Source of the DNA: Alphaproteobacteria bacterium
GTDB taxonomy: Bacteria > Pseudomonadota > Alphaproteobacteria > UBA7887
Direction of reading: 5' to 3'
Assembly: GCA_965216755.1 (NCBI GenBank)
Contig: CBDCGL010000011.1
Coordinates: 1,600,001-1,664,000, forward strand
DNA length: 64,000 nucleotides
Shown here: positions 57,927 to 64,000 of the stretch, in pieces
Layout: the number at the start of each line of letters is the position of its first letter
Position numbering within the stretch: position 1 is the first letter of the stretch
Made by a program: the position numbers and the translations under genes
Notes under the pieces: generated by a model
What the model saw: the letters and a program-made list of their open reading frames with translations, nothing else
Told to the model about the DNA's origin: nothing
Databases searched by the model: none

Positions 57927-58640
57927 TTATCGTACGGTCCGTTTTTCGGCGCCTGCGCCGGCGGTGGCCTGACGCCGCTTCGCTTCGGTGATGTCTGTCC
58001 GCACACCGAGGATACCGCCGTCCGCCAAAGCGATTTCTTCAGTCAGCAGCCAACGATCGCCAGACAGCGCTTCCTCGAAGCTCTCGTGATTATGATGGCG
58101 CGCCAAGCGTTCGGCGATTCGCTGCTCCGCATCCGCCGCACCGCCCGCAGCATGGCCCGCACGATACGCAGCGGACATGATGCATTCGAATCGCGCGCCA
58201 GTCTTGAGCAGGTGGGCATTCTTGCCGAGCACGCGGCGGTAAGTGTTGTTGCACCAGGTCAAACAGTCATCGGCATCGAACAACACCAATCCAACCGGTA
58301 GGTCATCGAGCCCAGATGGCACCGCAACACCCCCATCGATGTCGATCCACAAGACCCAGAGTTGGGGGGCGGTATTGCCGGGCGGTATCGGCGCGCCGAC
58401 CAGAGCTTGGGCCGATACGGCACGCAAAGTCAGCCGAAAGCTGACATGTTCAGCCATTGGCGCGGCGAGCGCCCCGCCTGACTGCGCATTGACGGCGCAA
58501 GCCAACGCCGCCTCCATGTCTTTGCCTGCGAAGGTATGCCGCGCCACGCCCGCAAGCGATGCGAACGCCTCATTCGCGTGCAGCACGTGGTAGCTGCCGC
58601 CGCGATCCTCACAAATGATGAGTGGTGTTGTCGCTACCAT
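57927..58640 (-). CDS. Tandem PAS-domain protein with no output domain
   Basis: ANEAF..L.G; LDDLPVGLVLFDADD.L...N; DGG.LGVRTDITE, with the stop shortly after. Confidence 0.75.
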   Translation of the reverse strand: MVATTPLIICEDRGGSYHVLHANEAFASLAGVARHTFAGKDMEAALACAVNAQSGGALAAPMAEHVSFRLTLRAVSAQALVGAPIPPGNTAPQLWVLWIDIDGGVAVPSGLDDLPVGLVLFDADDCLTWCNNTYRRVLGKNAHLLKTGARFECIMSAAYRAGHAAGGAADAEQRIAERLARHHNHESFEEALSGDRWLLTEEIALADGGILGVRTDITEAKRRQATAGAGAEKRTVR

Positions 58641-58705
58641 CCCGTCCCCCTGGCCCGCACCGGCTGATTAGGGGACAAGAATGGACCATATGGCAAGGGC
58701 GCCGA

Positions 58706-59194
58706 CTAGGTACCGCCTTGCGCCTCGATGTGCGATGCGAGCTCGATCGACGGACGACCGTCGGTCAGCAGCCCATGATCGGCCTGATAGGCGCGGATGG
58801 CGGCCTGGGTCCTGGGCCCATTAATGCCGTCGGCGGGCCCCGGTGTGTAGCCAAGACCTGCCAATCCGCGTTGTATGTCTTGGGTCACCGTGCTGGCCGC
58901 CCGTGGACGGGACGGGCCCGTGCCATCGTCCGATGCGTCACTGCTTTTCCAGATCGGATCACCGAGGTCCACTGTATCTTCATCGGTCAGGGCGCCGGTC
59001 AGTCCACCGGCCGCCGCACCGATCAATACTCCTTGCACCAGGCTGAGCCCCGTGACCGCACCCAGCACCGCGCCACCGGCCGCTCCGATGCCGGCGCCGG
59101 AGATTCCTCTTTCCTCAGCCGTGCTGCCGCACCCACCCAAGACAAAAGCCACTAACAAGGCGGCTCCATACAGCGCAGATTTGCGCATTGACAT
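58706..59194 (-). CDS. Lipoprotein with a glycine zipper and a peptidoglycan-binding domain
   Basis: LGGC lipobox, GAGIGAAGGAV.GA, and IQ..L..LGY.PG.ADG..GP.T..AIR.YQ...GL..DG. Confidence 0.9.
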   Translation of the reverse strand: MSMRKSALYGAALLVAFVLGGCGSTAEERGISGAGIGAAGGAVLGAVTGLSLVQGVLIGAAAGGLTGALTDEDTVDLGDPIWKSSDASDDGTGPSRPRAASTVTQDIQRGLAGLGYTPGPADGINGPRTQAAIRAYQADHGLLTDGRPSIELASHIEAQGGT

Positions 59195-59386
59195 GAACCT
59201 CTCGAAAACCCGAACCTCAAGCCGATGGTACCAAGAAAAAGTTAACAATCGTTAACTTTCCCGGGCGGGTCGGAGCCGCCGGCGATCACGCACAGGTGTG
59301 TTTTCGGCGTACGCGGATTTGCGGGATAATCCGCCCTGCGGCGATCACGTCGCAACAATCGAGGCTAACGAGCGGACGGAGGAACC

Positions 59387-59929
59387 ATGGACAGTGAGGA
59401 ACTCAAAGCGCTGCAAGCGCCGTTCAAGCAGAAATACCAAGAAACGCCAGAGGCCGCTGAAATAACACTTAAAGCCGAAGGCGTTCTCGACGACCACGAC
59501 GTCGCCTGCAGTGTCGACACCGGTCGGGCGATGATTGAAGCCGGCTTGCATCCATCCACCGGCGGCACAGGTCTGCAGGCCTGTTCGGGCGATATGCTGC
59601 TGCAGGCCCTCGCCGCTTGCGCGGGCGTGACCTTGCGGGCCGCCGCAACCGCGACAGGTATTCCGGTCGCCGCAGGGCGGGTCCATACCAGCGGCATCCT
59701 TGACGTGCGCGGCACGCTTGCCGTCGATAAGAATGCACCGGTCGGGTTCAAATCCATCACGCTGCGTTTCGACCTTGTCACCGAGGCGTCGCAAGAAGAC
59801 ATCGACCGTTTGGTGCAACTCACTGAGCGTTATTGTGTTGTGTACCAAACATTACGCAACAAACCACCGATAGACGTTGTCACGACGATCTTGCCTACCG
59901 CCGCACAACGCGCCCGAGGAATGACGTAG
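59387..59929 (+). CDS. OsmC family protein
   Basis: CSGDMLLQALAACAG, GF..I.L.F and LTERYCVV motifs; GGAGG RBS. Confidence 0.9.
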   Translation: MDSEELKALQAPFKQKYQETPEAAEITLKAEGVLDDHDVACSVDTGRAMIEAGLHPSTGGTGLQACSGDMLLQALAACAGVTLRAAATATGIPVAAGRVHTSGILDVRGTLAVDKNAPVGFKSITLRFDLVTEASQEDIDRLVQLTERYCVVYQTLRNKPPIDVVTTILPTAAQRARGMT

Positions 59930-60216
59930 GCGGGCCCAGCGTCAGCGTTGCGTCCCTTGTCAAAGGTGGGTATGGCCGCGCCTGCCGAAAGCATGCGCGA
60001 AAATGGCGTAGGGTTCGTCTTCGCTATTCTCTTGATGCGCGCGCCTAAAGTCTTGCTGGTAATACGAAAATATAGTTGTTACACTGATTTGAGGGAGTTT
60101 GGTTGCTGATAATAGGCGTGTTTCGGAACAATGCCGACGAATAACAAAGTAACCAGCGCGTTGCGTACAGTGTCAACGCCCGCGGACGCAATAACAACTA
60201 AAAAGGCAAGCAAGCC

Positions 60217-61080
60217 ATGAAACAGGGTCGGCTAATTTCGAATCCACGTCGCAAGAAACCGCAGAATCGCAGCTTTTTGCCCTTATCATTGGGGCTCGTG
60301 GCGGCCACCGCCTTGTTGATCGGCTGTCAAGGTTCGCCCCAGTTGGGCGCCGGCAGCTCGGTCGTGCAGGGCTCAGCCGGCCAAGCGGGCGGGCAAGGCG
60401 CCGGCCCCCAGTTGGAGCGATGCGCGCAACCGCTGGGCACGGCAACGCTAGTCGAACCTGATAACTACGTCATGTCTCGGCTCTACGCCTTGAGGCTGGA
60501 ATCACCACTGCCACTAGTGCGGCTGATGATGGCGCAATCCAACTGTTTTCAAGTGGTCGACCGCGGTGCGGCGATGGCCAACATCCAGCAGGAAGACGCG
60601 CTTAAGGCATCGGGCATGCTGCAGGAAGGCTCAACGACGGCGCGCGGGCGTATGGTCACGGCGCAATATATCGTCACGCCAAACGTGGTGTTCTCGGATG
60701 ATAACGCGGGCGGGTTGGACGCCTCTGGAGCTCTGGGGGCGGTCGGCAATCTCGTCGGTGGTGCCGTCGGCGGGCTCGTCGGCGGGGCGTTGGGCTCGAT
60801 GAGCTTTCAAGAAGCACAAACCGTCTTGTTCGTCACCGACGCCCAATCGGGCTTGCAAACCGCCGCGGCGGAGGGTTCGGCCAAAGTGACCGACTTCGGC
60901 GGCGTTGGTAGCCTCCGTGGCTGGGGCGGCGGCATATTCGGTGGCGGCCGCGTTGGCGGTTATGGCGATACCGCTGAGGGCAAGTTGATTGCCGCTGCCT
61001 TGATGGACGCACACAACAAGCTCGTACAACAAGTGCGCGCGACAACCCCGAACTTGCCACCGGTGACGCCAGAGGGCTGA
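60217..61080 (+). CDS. CsgG/HfaB family lipoprotein
   Basis: LIGC lipobox, C..PLGT, QSNCF.VVDRG, a Gly-rich insert and AAAEGSA. Confidence 0.8.
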   Translation: MKQGRLISNPRRKKPQNRSFLPLSLGLVAATALLIGCQGSPQLGAGSSVVQGSAGQAGGQGAGPQLERCAQPLGTATLVEPDNYVMSRLYALRLESPLPLVRLMMAQSNCFQVVDRGAAMANIQQEDALKASGMLQEGSTTARGRMVTAQYIVTPNVVFSDDNAGGLDASGALGAVGNLVGGAVGGLVGGALGSMSFQEAQTVLFVTDAQSGLQTAAAEGSAKVTDFGGVGSLRGWGGGIFGGGRVGGYGDTAEGKLIAAALMDAHNKLVQQVRATTPNLPPVTPEG

Positions 61081-61174
61081 CACCAGCGCACCGCTCCCCT
61101 GCCGACTCGAAGCCGCGAACGCGGGCACAATTCAGCTATGATGTCCCGTTCGAACTTCAACGGGGAGACGGTGC

Positions 61175-61930
61175 ATGGCAGAACGGGAATTTGACGGTCG
61201 CGTGGCCCTGGTGACGGGCGGGTCGCGGGGTATTGGCCGGGCTGCGTGTGTGCGCCTCGCCCAAGGGGGGGCCAAGGTCGCTATCGGTTTCGGAGGCAAT
61301 GCGGAAGCCGCCGCTGAAACCCAGAAATTGGTCGAAAGTACCGGCGGCGCGGCCATAACGATTGCCGCAGATGTGACTGATCCGGGTGCGGTCGCCGACA
61401 TGGTCGAGACGTGCGAGCGAGCACTGGGACCCGTCGACCTGCTTTTCGCAAATGCCGGATTGGCGTCGTCAGAGGATCACACCGACTTGGATTTCGCGGC
61501 GTGGCGACGTCTGATGGATGTCAATGTCGACGGCGTATTTCACACGGTAATGGCCGTCAAGGACGGCATGATATCCCGAGGTTTCGGACGGATAGCAGTG
61601 ACCGCGTCGATCGCTGGCCTGGCGCCGCGGCCGCGGTTGATCGCCTATGGGACATCCAAGGCGGCCGTCATTGCGTTTGTCCGTAATTGCGCCGGTGGGT
61701 TTGCCCCTTCTGTCCGTATCAATGCCATCGCCCCAGGGTTGACTGAAACCGACATGATTGCATCTTTGACGCCTGAAGCGCGCGCCAACATGGTCGAGAC
61801 GACGCCACTTCAGCGGGTCGCACAGCCCGAAGAGATTGCGGAACTGGCAGCGTTCTTGCTGTCCGAGCGTTCCAGCTTCATCACTGGCCAGACCTATGTG
61901 GCGGATGGCGGGCGCGTGACATTGCCGTAG
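61175..61930 (+). CDS. SDR family oxidoreductase
   Basis: TGGSRGIG, NAG, YGTSK and NAIAPG motifs. Confidence 0.95.
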   Translation: MAEREFDGRVALVTGGSRGIGRAACVRLAQGGAKVAIGFGGNAEAAAETQKLVESTGGAAITIAADVTDPGAVADMVETCERALGPVDLLFANAGLASSEDHTDLDFAAWRRLMDVNVDGVFHTVMAVKDGMISRGFGRIAVTASIAGLAPRPRLIAYGTSKAAVIAFVRNCAGGFAPSVRINAIAPGLTETDMIASLTPEARANMVETTPLQRVAQPEEIAELAAFLLSERSSFITGQTYVADGGRVTLP

Positions 61931-63147
61931 CGGCGGCGGCTGAGTAGCCACAAGGCGACACTGGCGGCCGCGGTTGTGCCGGCAAACACGTAGAACGCCG
62001 GCGCGTAGGCTTTGGTGATTTGGACAATCGCACTGAACAAGGCCGGCCCGACGACCACGCCCAGAAAGGTAAAGGCCACCATGCCGCCGGTGGCCGCAGA
62101 CACTTGTGCCGTCGACACGACCCGCACGACTTCGGCCAAATAGATTCCAGGCCAGCCGGCGGCGACGGCGCCCAGTAGTATCGAAAAAGCAACGATCGCT
62201 ACCACGGACCAGGTTTCGTTGAGGTTACTTGCCGCAACCGCGACAACGGCCATCACAAGGCCCAACAAGGAAAGCAGGCTCGTGGCGCGCACCAACCGGT
62301 CGCTACACCAACCAAAGAACACGCGGGCGCACACCCCGGCGACCTGCAAGGCGGCAAAGACCTGTCCGGCAGTGATCAAATTTAGCCCTCCCCGATCAAC
62401 CAGATATGCAGGATAGATCGCGAAAATTGACGCCATCGTTGCAGCAAACGCAAAAGTCGCGATGGTCAGAATGCGGAGTCGCGGTTCGGCAAGAACGAGA
62501 CCAATCGCGTGCAACGGCGCGTTGGCCGAGACCACAAAGGTCGGATCTCGATCATCGTCAAGGGCACCTCTCAACGGCGCGATAACGGCTATCGTGGAGA
62601 TGACCAAGGCGGCGCCGCACAACAATGCCGCTTGCCAACCGAACCATGCGGCCACAAGGGGCGCCGCCAGCCCCGCGAGCAACCCGCCAATCGGCACCGC
62701 ACTTTGCTTGAGCGAGAAAACCACGCCCCGGCTTTGCGCCGGCGTCACGCGCGCAAGGATGTGGCTGGCAGCAGGCGTGGCGAGGCCGTAGCCCATACCG
62801 GCGATCACAGCAAAAATCGCAACGCCCGCCAATGGCCCCATAGCCGTGGCCGCGACGGCCACACCGGCAACCCCAAGGGCCCACTGGCTACAACGTACGG
62901 CACCGACGCGTCGCGCGACCGCGCCGCCCAGCAGAGTGAAAATCAACGCGCCGCCAAACGACAAGGAGGCATAAAGCCCGACCAGGCTCGGCGCAATGCC
63001 GTAAGACCCGGCCAGCACCGGCGCTAAGACTGGGACCAGATTGACGGCCATAGCGACCATTGCTTGGACCAGCATGGTCGCGGCAAGTGGCCAAATCACT
63101 GGACCCATGGACCGCCCTTGCGCCACCCCGCGCAGCGAGCCGTTCAT
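61894..63147 (-). CDS. MFS transporter
   Basis: About 12 TM, RG..FS.KQ..VP.GG and GW.SDR motifs; ATGA-coupled to the CoA transferase. Confidence 0.9.
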   Translation of the reverse strand: MNGSLRGVAQGRSMGPVIWPLAATMLVQAMVAMAVNLVPVLAPVLAGSYGIAPSLVGLYASLSFGGALIFTLLGGAVARRVGAVRCSQWALGVAGVAVAATAMGPLAGVAIFAVIAGMGYGLATPAASHILARVTPAQSRGVVFSLKQSAVPIGGLLAGLAAPLVAAWFGWQAALLCGAALVISTIAVIAPLRGALDDDRDPTFVVSANAPLHAIGLVLAEPRLRILTIATFAFAATMASIFAIYPAYLVDRGGLNLITAGQVFAALQVAGVCARVFFGWCSDRLVRATSLLSLLGLVMAVVAVAASNLNETWSVVAIVAFSILLGAVAAGWPGIYLAEVVRVVSTAQVSAATGGMVAFTFLGVVVGPALFSAIVQITKAYAPAFYVFAGTTAAASVALWLLSRRRYGNVTRPPSAT

Positions 63148-64000
63148 AGCACCGCGCTATGCACCACACCAACCGTTTGGAACTTTTCGATCCGCGCGGC
63201 GGAGTAGCCGAGCTCGCGCAATATGTCCCCATTGTCAGCACCTAAGAATGGCGCCAAGGCGCGCACGCGAGCCGGCGTACGATCAAATCGCGCGGCCGGC
63301 CGTGGCTGACGCACCGCGCCCAGTTGCGGGTGATCGTGGATCTCGAAAATCTCATTTTGGACGACCTGCTCGTTGTCGAGTAGAGCCCGTCGGCTCAATA
63401 TCGGCGCGCATGGTACCTGCTCGCCTTGCAGACGGCGCAATATGGCGTCGGTTGTCCATTTGCTGATTTCTTCGCCAGTGATCTGGCGTCGCTCAGCTAC
63501 ATGCTGAAACCGCGCCGCCGCGGTCGTAAATCGTTCGTCATCGAGCAGATCTTCGCGATCGAACGCGCGGCACATTCCCGCCCATTCCTGATCTGTTACC
63601 GCACCAGCCGTGATGTAGCCATCTTTTGTCTTAAAAACCAAATCCATGCCCATTTGGCCACGCGCCGGATCCGCCTCTTGGCCAACCCATGACAGGGCCG
63701 ACATGCCCTCGGGCCACAAATAGGCGACCATTGTATCAAGCATCGACAATCGAACGTGCTGCCCCTTACCCGTCCGTTCCCGCGCCAGCAGCGCGGCAGT
63801 GATGGCCTGCGCCGCCGTGACCGAGGTCGTCTTGTCGGGTATGATCGTCCGCACCATCCGTGGCGTACCGGTCTCCCGATCCGCTTGAATATCGGCGAGA
63901 CCGGACAGCGCCTGGATCACCGGATCGTAAACACGTTGGTTCGCATAGGGGCCAGCCTCGCCAAACCCACTGATCGATACGAAGACGATGTCTGGGTTAA
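63144..64000 (-). CDS. CaiB/BaiF class III CoA transferase (5' end outside the window)
   Basis: The frame is open to the window edge and reads NPDIVFVSISGFG..GPY....YDP.IQA.SG; also GKGQ.V..SM.D, F.TKDG and APFLG. Confidence 0.93.
   Translation of the reverse strand, partial: NPDIVFVSISGFGEAGPYANQRVYDPVIQALSGLADIQADRETGTPRMVRTIIPDKTTSVTAAQAITAALLARERTGKGQHVRLSMLDTMVAYLWPEGMSALSWVGQEADPARGQMGMDLVFKTKDGYITAGAVTDQEWAGMCRAFDREDLLDDERFTTAAARFQHVAERRQITGEEISKWTTDAILRRLQGEQVPCAPILSRRALLDNEQVVQNEIFEIHDHPQLGAVRQPRPAARFDRTPARVRALAPFLGADNGDILRELGYSAARIEKFQTVGVVHSAVL

Overview
GC-rich chromosomal window, probably from an alphaproteobacterium (RpoE-ChrR pair, TRAP/ABC content, FixK/FNR-type boxes), with about 64 CDS. 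I found no rRNA, tRNA, CRISPR array or intact mobile element. Most genes are catabolic or transport: IOR, 2-oxoacid dehydrogenase E1, TRAP, Dpp-type ABC, AtuA family, znuABC-zur, cysK and a CoA transferase. Five things stand out. (1) A ~16 kb block (6.8-23.1 kb) joins FtsH, archease-RtcB, a voltage-gated Na channel, beta-carbonic anhydrase, a polymerase-less PolX-derived HhH protein with an unknown C-terminal domain, an atypical P-type ATPase and an E2-less 2-oxoacid operon. FNR/FixK-like boxes sit at the heads of these units, one of them perfect. (2) A Tat-type Rieske protein is paired with a PQQ dehydrogenase that has the lanthanide-type Asp but lacks the vicinal Cys-Cys. (3) Two diverged 107-bp CTAG-bounded repeats with a central IHF-like site lie in a 1 kb intergenic gap. 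(4) Two paralogous membrane proteins sit beside an XRE regulator and a palindromic operator candidate. (5) A PanB-like protein lacks the canonical metal ligands. All calls come from reading motifs by eye; no database searches were run.
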